Source: Malacoraja senta (Eukaryota). Taken from it: a DNA stretch of 64,000 nt. Made by a program: the position numbers and the translations under genes. The notes under the pieces were generated by a model. It searched no databases. It worked only from the letters and a program-made list of their open reading frames with translations, and was not told where the DNA came from. The stretch lies in contig CM075989.1 in NCBI GenBank assembly GCA_038087875.1, positions 3,534,001-3,598,000 on the forward strand, read 5' to 3'. Shown one piece after another: positions 24,004-36,449 of the stretch (position 1 is its first letter; every line of letters begins with the position of its first letter).

Positions 24004-24690
24004 CCAAGGTAGACACAAAATGCTGGAGTAACTCAGCGGGACAGGCAGCATCTCTGGAGAGAAGGAATGGGTGACGTTTCAGGGTCGAGACCCCTCTTCT
24101 GACTGATGTCGGGGGAGGGTGCGGGACAGAGGTAGAATGTAGTCGGAGACAGTAAGACTCGTAGGAGATAAGACTGGGAAGGAGGAGGGGATGGAGAGAG
24201 AGGGAAAGCAAGGGCTACTTGAAATTAGAGAAGTCAATGTTCATACCGTTGGGGTGTAAGCTGCCCAAGCAAAATATGAGATGCTGTTCCACCAATTTGC
24301 ACTGGGCCTCACTCTGACAATGGAGGAGGCCCAGGACAGAAAGGTCAGCGTGGGAATGGGAGGGGGAGTTAAAGTGTTGAGCAAGCAGGAGATCTGGTAG
24401 GTTTAGGCGGACTGAGCGAAGTTCAGCGAAACAATCGCCGAGCCTGCGCTTGATCTCGCTGATATACAGGAGTAGCGGACACAGTTGATGAGGTTGGAGG
24501 AGGGGCAAGTGAACCTCTGCCTCACCTGAAAAGACTGTCGGGTTCCTTGGATGGAGTGGAGGGAGGAGGTAAAGGGACAAGTGTTGCATCTCCTGCGGTT
24601 GCAGGGGAAAGTACCTGGGGAGGGGGTGGTTTGGGTGGGAAGGGACGAGTTGAGCAGGGAGTTGCGGAGGGAACGGTCTCTGCGAAATCA
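24003..24690 (-). mobile_element. Penelope-like element 3' end (GIY-YIG endonuclease remnant plus pLTR)
   Basis: YISEIKRRLGDCFAE..AQHFNSPSH..EQHLIFCLGSLHPNGMNIDF, followed by the pLTR. Confidence 0.9.
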
Positions 24691-25017
24691 GGCTACAATC
24701 AGCCTGAAGAAAGGTCCTGGCCTTTACTGACCCCTTGTCCACAGGGGTCAGAGAGGGGAAATCAAATGGCTCCCAACTACAGATGCCACTGATGACTTTG
24801 ACCAACCAGCTCACCAAGGTCTAAGGTTGGTGGGAACTCCGGTTGATAACTTGCATAGCATCGCTCCTAGAGTCACAGACTCTATGACTCCATGTTTCAT
24901 TGCCTGTATATTTTGGTGCTTGTTGAGTTTAGTTTATTGTCACGTGTACCGAGCTACACTGAAAAGCTTTTATTGCGCGCCAACCTGTCAGCGGAAAGGC
25001 AATACATGATTACAATC

Positions 25018-25480
25018 ATAGTCATAGAGTGATACAGTGTAGAAACAGGCCTTTCAGCCCAACTTGCCCACACCAGCCAACATGTACCAGCTACACTAGT
25101 CTCACCTGCCTGCGCTTGGTACATATCCCTCTAAACCTGTCCTATCCATGTACCTGTCTGTTTCTTGAATGTTGGGATAGTCCCACCCTCAACTACCTCC
25201 TCTGGCAGGTTGTTCCATACACCCACCACCCTCTGTGCAAAAAGGTTACCCCCCAGATTCCTATTAAATCTTTTCCCTTTCACCTTAAACCTATGTCCTC
25301 TGCTTCTTGATTTCCCTACTCTGGACAAGAGACTCCGTGCATCTACATGATCAATTAATCTCATGATTTTATACACCTCTATATGATCACCCCTCATCCT
25401 CCTGCATTCCAAGGAATAAAGTCCCAGCCTGCTCATCCTCTCCCTATAGCTCAGACCCTCTAGTCCTGGCAACATCCTCG
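25018..25480 (-). mobile_element. CR1 (HER1-like) 3' fragment
   Basis: MLPGLEGLSYRE..LFAQRVVGVWNNLP. Confidence 0.9.
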
Positions 25481-25599
25481 CAGCATCTTCACTGACTTCA
25501 GTGGAGAATAATATCTGGAAGGTGCAAAACCATCGTTGAACCCGATCTCAGCAGTTTCCCGAGAGACGGAAATTTGACTTTTCGGATTTGTTCTTTACC

Positions 25600-25768
25600 T
25601 TTTCATATCACTAGTTTCCCCCCTCCCCTGACTCTCGGTCTGAAGAAGGGTCTCGACCCGAAACGTCGCCTATTCCTTCTCTCCAGAGACGTTGCCTGAC
25701 CCGCTGAGCCACTCCAGCACTTCGTGTCTATCTTCGGTGTAAACCAGCATCTGCAGTTCCTTCCATCA
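25600..25768 (+). mobile_element. Penelope pLTR with intact hammerhead motif (25637-25670)
   Basis: GGT-CTGAAGA-A-GGGT(CTCG)ACCC-GAAA-C-GTC-GCC. Confidence 0.8.
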
Positions 25769-26351
25769 CAGGTTAAAAGTCGATCTCCCGGGAGGGGAAC
25801 AACGAGTTTCACTAGGGTAAGTTAACCGACCGTCAATAATTATAACGCATAGGCGGTAAATGTAAGGCCTAAAGATAACACTTCCAGTCAAGTGTGTTTT
25901 TTCTATTCAAATTCTCACCGCGATTATTGATTGAATACACGTACAATACTGAACTGTTGCTGGTGAGAGGTCAATTCCATTCTGGCTGTGAAAATATATT
26001 TATATGAATAATTATCTTAACAGCTCTTCCGTATCTAAGGAGTAACTGGATGTGAATATAAATGGGCGCAACCAGGCTCACGGAATTAACTTACAAACAG
26101 CAACACACGAAACCCACATTTGTTTAGATTTACCTTTCAGAATGATTCACCCGCGAGTATGTGGACAAATAAGTAAAAAGGAACCTGAAAAAAAAAAAGG
26201 ATTTGCCGACTCTGTCTCGCTGGGGGAAAATGTGTTTCGTTTATAAATGTCTGATTTGAATAGTAAAATAAAAACACAGGAGCTTCGTGTTTCACTCCAG
26301 CAGGCAGGGCGCATGTTTGTAAACTGCAGGTCTGCAAATGCATAACAGTCT

Positions 26352-26423
26352 CTGTGTCTCCCAAATCATTTACCACCAAACACCGCCCTGTGTCTCCCAA
26401 ATCATTTACCACCAAACACCGCC
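26352..26423. repeat. Perfect 2 x 36-bp tandem duplication
   Basis: CTGTGTCTCCCAAATCATTTACCACCAAACACCGCC occurs twice in tandem. Confidence 0.95.
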
Positions 26424-26883
26424 TAGGAGAGTAAACACTCAATGATGTTACCATATTACATTTCAACGGGTCACATACAATGTTAACAGCTTTTCTTTTG
26501 TAGAGCTTTCTGTTTGCAACAAGAATAATCGTGGAGCAGTCGTTTTGTAAACAGCTCGCCTCTCCTCGCCAGCCTGCTCGATGTTAGACTGCACTTGGGG
26601 GAATTGTTCAGCCGGCGTTTCACCAGCGTGAGTTTGCTTTATTTTAAAAATGTAGTGCGGGGTGAAATGTTCCCGCAAACAGCTCGCTCTCTCGGCCCGA
26701 ATGTCCTCGCCAGCATTTCAGGGAATCTAAAGCCGAGACTCTTCTTTTGAAGATGAGATTTCGCCTCAGGATGACGCCATGGGCTCACGCTGAATTGACA
26801 GGACCACCTGTGGACTGACCGGGAAGATGCGAGAGTGGCTTCATCAGGAGGAGACCCCCAGTCCGGCCTGGCACGGCCAGAGG

Positions 26884-27242
26884 TGAGGGTGGAGGGGCAG
26901 GAGGGGGGGGGGGAGTGAGATGGAGAGAGGGGGGGGGAGAGGGAGGGAGAGAGGGAGAGGGAGGGAGAGAGGGAGAGAGAAAGCGACAGAGAAAGCGACA
27001 GAGCTGGAGGGGAGGGAGGTAGAGAGAGAGAGGGTGAGGGGGAGGGGGTGGGAAATGGAGGGAAGGGGGTGAGAGAGGGGGAGAAGGGGGGAGAGAGAGA
27101 GAGAGAGAGAGAGAAAAGGGGAGAGAGAGTCAGAGAGAGAAAGAAAGGGAGAGAGAGGGGGGGAGAGAGGGGGGATGGGGGATGGGGAGAAGATGTGGAG
27201 GAGGGAGGGTGATACTGGGGGGAGGGGGAGAGGGAGGGGAGA
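26884..27242. repeat. G/A-rich polypurine tract
   Basis: About 360 bp with many G runs. Confidence 0.9.
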
Positions 27243-27269
27243 ACGTGTCATGCTATCGTTGCAGCGGGG

Positions 27270-27306
27270 ATATAAGGGAGGCTGTGTCCACCTGCCCAGC
27301 ACTCGT
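27270..27306 (+). promoter_or_regulatory. Putative core promoter (TATA-like box plus initiator)
   Basis: TATAAG at 27271-27276 and Inr-like GCACTC about 30 bp downstream. CRE-like TGACGCCA near 26773. CpG-rich context. Confidence 0.55.
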
Positions 27307-27455
27307 GGCTGCTCGCTGCTGTCACTGTGAATAGTGGGGAGCAGGTGTGAGCGGGAGGCGGCGCCCTGTGATACCGCGGATCACTCCACCTCCCCGGCAG
27401 CAACTGTGTCTGAGCGACACTCGGGCATTCACACATCCGTCCGTGCGGCTGGAGG
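27301..27455 (+). other. Putative non-coding first exon of an unidentified gene
   Basis: GC/CpG-rich, ATG-free unique sequence ending at AGG|GTGAGT (donor at 27456). Confidence 0.55.
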
Positions 27456-27499
27456 GTGAGTTACAAAGCCAATCGAATCAAACATTGTTCCTGACAACA

Positions 27500-27715
27500 A
27501 TCTAGAGCAACTCAGCGGGACAGGCAGCGTCTATGTGGAAAAGGAATGGGTGACGTTTCGGGTCGAGACCCTTCTTCAGACACATCCGAACTTCAGTCTC
27601 GACCCGAAACGTCACCCATTCCTTTTCTCCAGAGATGCTGCCTGACCCGCTGAGTTACTCCAGCTTTTTGTATCCATCTTCGGTGTAAACCAGCATCTGC
27701 AGTTCCTTCCTACAC
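27500..27715. mobile_element. Penelope pLTR fold-back with intact minus-strand hammerhead (27552-27579)
   Basis: GACGTTTCGGGTCGAGACCCTTCTTCAG followed by an inverted arm. Confidence 0.8.
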
Positions 27716-28459
27716 ATTGTTCCTAACAAGGTAAGATCTCGGAGAAGAAGTTTAATATGACAATGATCGTGAATGTATATTTATTCATCTAATATGTTGA
27801 TAGAGAATTAAAATACACCAGATGCTCCGATTTAAAATACAGCTTTTTATATCTTGTAGCTCGTTTTAACAATGCATTTGTAGAGCGGTTTTACAATTCA
27901 AACTGGCAGAGCAGATATTTGACATCCTGCGGTAACCAGCTTTAACTACTAATAATTCTGCACAACAGGCTTGTAATTGTGGGCATCAATGCCGAACTGA
28001 TACTCTACTTTGCAGGGGAGGGACACTTTAAATATACTGGAAGGAAAGGCTGTCATTTCAGGGGAATCGTTTGTTGAAACAAATTATATTGTTTTAAATG
28101 TCCAGTTGTAGTCAAGTTGCGGAATCAGCTCGAGTTCCCAGTCCACATCGACACAAAATGCTCGAGTAACTCAGGGGCTCGGGCAGAATAGGTTGCATTC
28201 CGGGTCGAGACCCTTCTTCAGACTCTCCCCATCACCCCTCCCCCCTCCCCTCTTCCTCTCCCCATCCTGTCCCGGTTTGCCTGCTGGAGTCCCTGGAGCA
28301 GTGCAAAGCGCGCAACAGGTGTGCTGAAGGCTCAACCCGGCGCCTAGTGGTTTAAACGTGGTCTCAATTCCGAAGAAATGTCCCCAGCATCGTGGAGAGG
28401 TGATATTGGTGATTAGGAAGTTTGGGGGGGGGGGGGGGGGGGGAGAGACACCAATACAC

Positions 28460-28900
28460 AACCAGAGAGCAGTGCTGAACTACTATCTACCACTTTGGTG
28501 ACCCTCGGACTTTCTTTGATCCGATTTACCTTGCACTAAACATTATTCCCTTATCATGTATCCATACACTGTAATTGGCTCGATTGTAATCGCGTATTGT
28601 CTTTCCGCAACAAAAGCTTTTCACCGTACCTGGGTACACGTGGCAATAATAAACTAAACTAAACTGGTTTAATTATGACGAAAGACATTTTAAAAAAACC
28701 TGGAGAAACTCAGCGGGTCAGGCAGCATTTCTGGAGAAAGAAAGGCAATAGGTGATATTTCGGGTCGAGACCCTTCTTCAGAGTGAAAGATATGAAAAGG
28801 TGCAGAGGACAAACGAATGAAAGATATGCAAAAGAACAAATCAAAGCCAGCAATGATGATCTATCTTCGGTGTAAAGCAGCATCTGCAGTTTCTCCCTAA
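28460..28900. mobile_element. Rex/Babar-type 3' tail (+) and pLTR fragments
   Basis: CAACAAAAGCTTTTCAC..GTACCT..CAATAA(ACTAA)n tail and pLTR motifs. Confidence 0.65.
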
Positions 28901-29094
28901 ACGTACTGGTTAAACTATCCGTGGTTTGTTGCAATAATAACGCTTCAACATTTCATCCAAAACGGAAAGGCGCGGTTCAGTTTCCTCACGACGTTACAGT
29001 GCGTGAACGGTTACCGTCAGGAGAAGGGGCAGCTGAACACACAGGTACAAAGGTCACGGAGCGGTTGCCCAGCTACAAGTTTCCGATCTGAGGA

Positions 29095-29767
29095 AAGAAT
29101 CGTTCCCGATGTTGGGGGAGTCCAGAACCAGGGGCCACCGTTTAAGAATAAGCCATTTAGAACGGAGAGGAGGAAACACTTTCACACAGAGAGTGGCGAG
29201 TGTGGGATTCTCTGCCTCAGAGGGCGGTGGAGGCCGGATCTTTGGATGCTTTCAAGAGAGAGCTAGATAGCACTCTTAAAAATAGCGGAGTCGGGGGATA
29301 TGGGGAGAAGGCAGGAACGGGGTACTGATTGGGGATGATCAGCCATTGAATGGCGGTGCTGGCTCGAAGGGCCGAATGGCCTACTCCTGCACCTATTGTC
29401 TAATCTTCAACCTCGCCGATCCCTCTCTGACACCGAGACCTCTGTGCGGACGCGTCAGTATATCTTGGCGGCGGCGCAGCGGTAGAGCGACTGCCTCACA
29501 GCGCCAGAGAACCCGGTTCGATCCTGACTCCGGGTGCTGTCTGTATGGAGTTTGTGCGTTCTCCCTGTGACATGCGTGGGTTTTCTTAGAGTCCTTCGGG
29601 TTCCTCCCCACACGCTAAAGACGTACAGGCGTGTAGATTATTTGGCTTGGTATAAATGTACAATTGTCCCAAGTGTCTGTAGGATAGTATTACGGGGATC
29701 GCTGGTCGGCGCGGACTCGTTGGGCCAAAGGGCCTGTTTCCGCGTTGTATCTATAAACTAAACTAAA
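29095..29767 (+). mobile_element. CR1 3' fragment (about 29095-29400) and V-SINE (about 29468-29767)
   Basis: Family motifs. Confidence 0.85.
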
Positions 29768-30221
29768 CGGGTCACTCGGGACGAGCCACGGCGTCTCTCC
29801 GTCTTTGTTTCTAGATGTCCACTTGTTTTGTATATAGTTCCCTCTGCCTCTGTGCAGTCTCTCTCGGCCATTCCCCCCGTCTTCTTTCCCACCCTGTCTA
29901 TCTAAGGCTCTCTGTATCCTTGTGTCTCTCTCTGCCCGCCCCTCTCCTCGGCGGTTTTGTTTTGAGTTTTGTTTCTGATTATCTTCTTGCCTCTGTTATT
30001 TTATTTTTGTGCGCGATCTGAGGAACATTACCAACCCAGTAACCTTGTAATGGGTTTAAAGTAATGTCGTGCTAATTTAGTCGATAATTTAGAATCCATG
30101 TACGTTGAATATCACCTTAGGATATTTTCAAATGAATGCCACACAATTTCCAACTGTGCAGCATTAGCATCGAACCCCCTGTGAAATCGAATCGGATTAA
30201 GATCTGTAATCTAAATCCAAC

Positions 30222-30900
30222 GCGACCCGAAACGTCACCCACTCCTCTGCAGAGATGCTGCCTGTTCCAGTGAGTTACTCCAGCTTTTTGTGTCTATCTT
30301 CAGAACCTGTCTGTTTGCCGCTGCGGGCCCGCTCACACGTCGGCCCCTGTCCCAAACTGAACACTCTAGACCTCTACTTTTCTCTCAACCAGTTTATACC
30401 TTCAGTGGATTTAGGGGGCGAACAAAGATCTCCTCAACCCATGTATTTTTGACTGAGCGGTTTTAGATTGTTATACATCCTAGTAACACACAAAATGCTG
30501 GGGTAGCTCGGCGGGTCAGGCAGCATCTCTGGAGAGAAGGGATGGGTGAAGTTTCTTCAGGTCCGACGGGAGCTAGATTTTGTGTGTACACGCACCTGCA
30601 GTTCCTTCCTACACGCGCATCCAAGTAAAATCAAGCAATATGTTGCACGCTATTAACTGGACATCAACAGTCGGTTTAGGATGGAGGGCTTGTTTGCGCA
30701 ATCCGAATCGCCGTTTTTCTCGAAGATAGACACAAAAAGCTGGAGTAACTCAGCGGCTCAGACAGCATCTTGAAGGAAAAGGCGACATTTCAGGATGAAA
30801 GGTCTCGATCTCTCCAGAGATGCTGCCTGACCCCCTGAGTTACTCCAGCATTTTGTGTCTATCTTCGGTGTAAATCAGCATTTGCAGTAGCTTACTACAT
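30222..30900. mobile_element. Three short Penelope pLTR fragments or fold-backs
   Basis: At about 30222-30302, 30487-30612 and 30720-30897. Confidence 0.7.
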
Positions 30901-31038
30901 CTGCCGTGTTATTCTCTTGGTTCTGGTTAATATCTCTCACTTGGTGTGTGTGTGTGTGCGTGTGTGTGTGTGTGCCGGCCTCCCAAGCCCCTACCCTCCC
31001 GCACTGAGTCCACATCCAGAGGCGCGCACAGCCGCCGT

Positions 31039-31065
31039 TTCAGCACCGGAGAGCTGGACAGCGCC
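31039..31065 (+). promoter_or_regulatory. Non-canonical RE1/NRSE (REST site) with 8-nt spacer
   Basis: TTCAGCACC-ggagagct-GGACAGCGCC; both half-sites match the consensus perfectly. Confidence 0.75.
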
Positions 31066-31864
31066 CACGCTTGGCCGCGGCGACACCTCCCTCCCCATTC
31101 TTCCATCCACTCCTCGGCCAGTTCCGCGCCCGTCCGTGCATCCACCCGGCACCTACTACCCGGGCCAGTGCAGTCTGTTCCAGCCATTGGCCATCTCACC
31201 ATCCGTCAGTCCGGCCCAGGCAATTGTCTCCAGATATGCTGCTTGACCCACCGAGTTGCTCCAGCATTTTGTGTCTATCTTCCTCGTGGCAAACCTTGTC
31301 AACCGCTCCTTTCTTATCCGTAATTGTATTGGCCTCTGTGTTATCGACAACAGCCCATGCTCGCCTGAATTCCCCCCCCCCCCCCCCCCCGACTCGCAAT
31401 GCACTAATTTCACATGATTTCTTAACAAGCTGAAATCAAGATCTATTACACTCAATCAAAAATATCCCCTCTCATGACTCCAAATCTTTCGAACCACACG
31501 TTTCCCTCGGTTTAAGTTACTTTCTGCCTTCTACAAAACTCACTCCTTCCTGGTTTACGGCGCCCTCTCGTCTCTTGACGTTGCTGGGAGACGAGAGATC
31601 TGAATTTCTTCCCTGAAACAAAATGTTCATTTATTCCATCCCCTTAGTCACAATACCAGCCTCAACAACACTGGAATTATCCCACTTGTATCCCATTGGG
31701 GAAATATGCCGCAGAATACGATTCGCTCCGCCGGGAATAATTCGCACTGAAAAAATCCAATTACACGCTCTTTACATGTACAGTTTGAGACAAATCCGCT
31801 TTCCAGTTCACAGCAGCGATAATGAACCCACAAAATGGCATATCCATGACTCTGAGAATATCAT

Positions 31865-32728
31865 TTAGCTTAGTTGAGAGATACAGCGCGGAAACAGGCC
31901 CTCCGGCCCACCGAGTCCTCAACGACCAGCGATCCCCGCACATTAACACTATCTTACTCACGATGGACAATTTTAATTTTTTAACGAAGCCAATTAACCT
32001 ACGTCTTTGGAGTGCGGGAGGAAACCGAAAATCTCAGAGAAAACCCACGTATGTCACGGGCAGAATGTACAAACTCCGTACAGTCAGCACCCGTAGTCAG
32101 GTTCGAACCCGGGTCTCAGGCGATGTGAGGCAGCAACTCCACCACTGCTCCGGCGTGTTATTCTAAAAGCCCCATATTGTTCCCCGCGCAGAACCTCAGA
32201 CTAGAGCTGCTGTCTAAGTAAATTGGACATCTTTGTGCTTTGAAAACAGCCCGCATTTTGTTAACAATTAACTCTTTGTAGAATGCATTAGCATTTCTAC
32301 ATTGTAATAAACGTATCATGTGACTCAAATACAATTGTATTTGCAGAATGAGATTAGCAGGAATAAATATTCCTCATTCAGGATGTGAATATATTTCTAC
32401 AAACCAAGTGAGTTGCAAAATCAATAACAGTTGTCAGGCATTTTAGTTTAGTTTAGAGATAACAGCGCGGAAACAGGCCCTTCGGCCCACCGAGTCCGTG
32501 CCGCCCAGTGAACCCCGCACATTAGCATTATCACTAGGGCCAATTTGCATTTTTGTACCAAGCCAATCAGCCTACAAACCGGTATGTCTTTGGAGTGTAG
32601 GAGGAAACCAGAGCACCCGGAGAAAATCACGGGGAGATCGCACATAAAACTCTGTACAGACAGCACCCGTGGTCAGGATCGAACCCGGGTCTCTGGCGTT
32701 GTGAGGCAGCAACTCTACCGCTGCGATA
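31865..32728 (-). mobile_element. Two V-SINEs (about 31865-32157 and 32440-32728)
   Basis: Reverse-complement head, V-domain and tail. Confidence 0.88.
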
Positions 32729-32907
32729 CTCTTTTAAACGATCGTTCCTGTTGCCACCACCGAAAATAACGTACATTTATGATGCATTTATTCACGACTT
32801 TCGGACACTTGCAATTGAAGTAGCAGTTTTCCTGTCTTTGCTATTGTGCAGGAAACACTATAGACTGCCATAGACAACAATGTGGTCGTGTGTAACAAAA
32901 GCGACAT

Positions 32908-33960
32908 TGCAGGAAACATGTTCCCGATGTTGGGGGAAGTCCAGAACCAGGGGTCACCGTTTAAAAATAAGGGGTAGGCCATTTAGGACTGATATTAGGA
33001 TTTTTTTTTTCACCCCGAGAGTTGTGAATCTGTGGAATTCTCTGCCACAGAAAGCAGTGGAGGCCAATTCACTCGATGTTTTCAAGAGAGAGTTAGATTT
33101 AGCTCTTAGGGCTAAAGGAATCAAGGGATATGGGGGGGGGGGAAGCAGGAACGGGTTACTGATTTTAGATGATCAGCCATGATCATATTGAATGGAGGTG
33201 CTGGCTCCTAGGGCCGAATAGCCTACTCCTGCACTTATTTTTCTATGCTTCAAAGTGCTGGAGTAACTCAGCGGGCCAGGCAGCATCATTCTGAAGATGG
33301 GTCTCGCCCCTAAACGTCATCTATTCCTTTTGGGCCAGAAATGCTGCCTGCCCCGCTGAGTTACTCCAGCATCTTATGCCCATCTCCATTGAACATGGAT
33401 TGAAGGAGTCAGCACTTTGTATATACATATAAATCAGCATTTGCAGTTCCTTGTTTCTATGTAATAATGTCAGATTGTTTGACTGTAATGAAGTTGTGGG
33501 CCATGTTGATGTTAGCTCATCAGATACTCTTTCTCATATTAATGCCATTGGATGTCATATATCAACCTTGGCCAGGAAGGGAAGTTCCTTGTAAAAAAAA
33601 AGGGCTTCTTCAACAGTTCTGTGTTCACACGGTTCTACAAAGGTCTTGAGATCTCTGAATTTAAACCAGAATTATTAACCTACTGAGTCAGAGATGAAGT
33701 ATTACCGAATTAGCCAAAGCTGACCTGAGTAGAACAACAAGCTGTATCTGACCACAAAACAAGGATAACACTGAAGATAGACACAAAGTGCTGGAGTAAC
33801 TCAGTGGGTCAGGCAGCATCTCTGGAGAGAAGGAATGGGTGATGTTTCGGGTCGAGACCCTTCTTCAGATTGAGAGTCAGGGGAAGAGGAAACGAGATAT
33901 GGAAGGGTACAAAGAACATGTATGGTGTGCAAAGAACAGATCAAAGCAGACAATGATATG
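32908..33960. mobile_element. CR1 3' fragment (+, about 32908-33250), pLTR fold-back (about 33253-33460) and pLTR (-, about 33770-33960)
   Basis: Family motifs. Confidence 0.8.
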
Positions 33961-34199
33961 TTTTCTTTATAAGTGATAGGGCACAAGTCTATCATGTTAC
34001 ATAGAACACCTGCGAATGTACTAATCCAAGTTAATGAAATATAGATCATTTTGGGCTTTGCAGCGGTCAAGGCTATTTGGAAATGTTTGAAATATCATGA
34101 TGATTTATGAAACAATATTAAATTTATAATAATAATTATGATGATAGTATGCTCTGATCATGAGCATACATGAGCAATGGAAAACATAAAGAAGGACAA

Positions 34200-34500
34200 A
34201 GGCAGCATAGTGGCGCAGTGGGTAGAGCTGCTGTCTCATGGCGCCAGAGACCCAGGTTCGATCGTGACCCCGGGTGCTGTCTGTGTGGAGTTTGCATGTT
34301 CTCCCTGTAATTGCGTGGGTTTCCTCTGGGTGCTCTGGTTTCCTCCCACAACCGAAAGACATGCTGGTTGTTAAGGTTATTTGGGCCCTCTGTAAATTGC
34401 CCCTAATGTGTAGGGAGCAGATGGGAAAGTGGGACAACATTTGTGAATGGGTGATCGATGCATCAAAGGAACTGTTTCCATGCTGTATCTTTCAATCAAT
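34200..34500 (+). mobile_element. V-SINE (TCAA-tailed variant)
   Basis: Head and V-domain; tail ends CTTTCAATCAAT. Confidence 0.85.
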
Positions 34501-34919
34501 AAATCAGATACCAAAGGCAGGAGAATATTCAGGTTAGAATAAAGCAGAATATTTATATTTATCTCTGATATCGAGAGATTCAAGGGCCCTGGAAGGCAAA
34601 TGTGTAAAACATTTTTTTTAAAAGATGGATAGAGGTTTATCAGAGATGAGCAAGAATTAGATGACAATGGTTTAAATAGATTGTGGGAAGACTGTGGGAG
34701 TTGAGAGGAGTTAAACAGGAACGAGATTGTTTGAAATAGGAGTAAATTTGACAGGAGAAATAAATCAGGTGGAATTAACAGCTGAGGCAAGAACATGGAT
34801 GGAGTACAGAGAGGAGAGCGAACATACAAGAGGAGACTAGAATAAAATTGTGTTCATTTTAATTTCCTGTCTCATGAGAAGGTTACTGTGATTAATGGGC
34901 TTGGTCATTTCTGCTGGTG

Positions 34920-35232
34920 GGTTTATTGCTGTCACATGTACGGAGATATGGTGAAAAGCTTTGTTTGTGTGCTGTCAAGTCAAATCATGCAGTACATTGT
35001 ACAATCAAGTCGTACACATGTACGGCAGGCAGTGCCACGAGAAAAACACCAGTTAAACATAACAAATAACATTACAATTACAGAGAGAGTGCAGATTGCA
35101 ATGAGGTAGTTGGAAGATCGGGACCACACCCTTGTTTAAGGAGGATTGTTTAGTAGTCTAATAACAGTGGGGAAGAAGCTGTTCCTGAATCTGGCGGTAC
35201 ATACTTTAAAGCTGTTGTATCCTCTGTCTGAC
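34920..35232 (-). mobile_element. Rex1/Babar-type LINE 3' end
   Basis: Minus RFRNSFFPTVIRLLN-like C-terminus. Confidence 0.65.
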
Positions 35233-36057
35233 ACTATTTAACATTGTACCTGTTGATCATTTGGGTGGTATTGTTGAAGTCATGAGCACTGGCAATGACA
35301 TCCCTTCCAATTTTACTGGATCCACAATCAGAGCCTTCTAAACACATGGTGAATTATTTTCTCTGCCTCTTTTCCCTGGAGCTTGCGATTCATGCTCTCT
35401 CCTTATCTTTAAGCGTGAGATGTCCGCATCTCAAGTCTTCTTCTCATTTTTGTGTTCTCAATCTCTCGTCTTTGTTGCTTTCAATTCTCCCCCTGCCACT
35501 GTTGATTAACATGTTCAGTGCCACATTAGCGAAGATAAAACTTGGCAGTGAACAGGTTAACAAACCATTAGTCATAATTATCAGTCTGATCAGTCGGGTC
35601 TCGACCCGAAACGTCACTCATTCCTTCTCTTCAGAGATGCTGCCTGTACCGCTGAGTTACTCCAGCATTTTGTGTCTATCTTCGGTTTAAACAAGCATCT
35701 GCCGGTCTTTCCTTCACATTATTTGTTACCTGCTAGCTCAACATTATTTAACCATCATTTTCTGAAAAGAAGAATTTCAGCTGACTATACTAAAGATGAA
35801 ATGAAAGTTTATAAAGACAAGCATAAGCAAGGAATTATTGGGCAGATGTAGGAACAGTTGTTACTCTGTCGATGACTTGATTATAATCATGTATAGTCTT
35901 TCCACGGACTTGTTAGCATGCAACAAAAGCTTTTCACTGTACCTCGGTACATATGACAATAAACTAAATTAAACTAAACTATGGAAGGAATAGCAAGGCC
36001 TCACAAGCTGAAAATAAAAATACGATTGGAATTATTCTTAATTCTTATACTTATTCT

Positions 36058-36425
36058 GGGTGGCACAGTGGCGCAGCAGTAGAGTTGATGCTTTACAGCG
36101 CTAGAGACCCGGGTCCTCCCTGGGACTGTGTGTGTTTTCTCCTGGAGCTCCGGTTTCTTCCTGCACTCCAAAGACATGCAGGTTTGTAGGTTAATTAGCT
36201 TTGGTAAAAATTCTAAATTGTCTCTAAATTGTAGGATAGTGTTAGTGCTTGTCTGTACAGTGTTTGTATGTTCTCCCCGTGATCGTGTGGGATTTCTAAA
36301 AATGTAAAAATTGTCCCAAGTGTAGAATAATGTGAATGTGTTGTGATCACTGGTCGGCACGGACTCGGCGGGCTGAAGGGCCTGTTTCTGCCTTGTATCT
36401 CTACAGTGAACTAAACTAAACTTAA
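36058..36425 (+). mobile_element. Rearranged V-SINE
   Basis: Internal re-start of the V-domain at about 36246. Confidence 0.8.
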
Positions 36426-36449
36426 TTAAATGAGACAGGAATAATCATC

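Noticed and set aside
24215..24817. 200-aa ORF as a host gene
   Set aside because: C-terminus is a frameshifted Penelope GIY-YIG remnant and the N-terminus is read-through.
26828..26887. ATG-initiated mini-exon MREWLHQEETPSPAWHGQ ending at GAG|GTGAGG
   Set aside because: The donor merges into the polypurine tract and the peptide is unrecognised; not excluded as an alternative first exon but unsupported.
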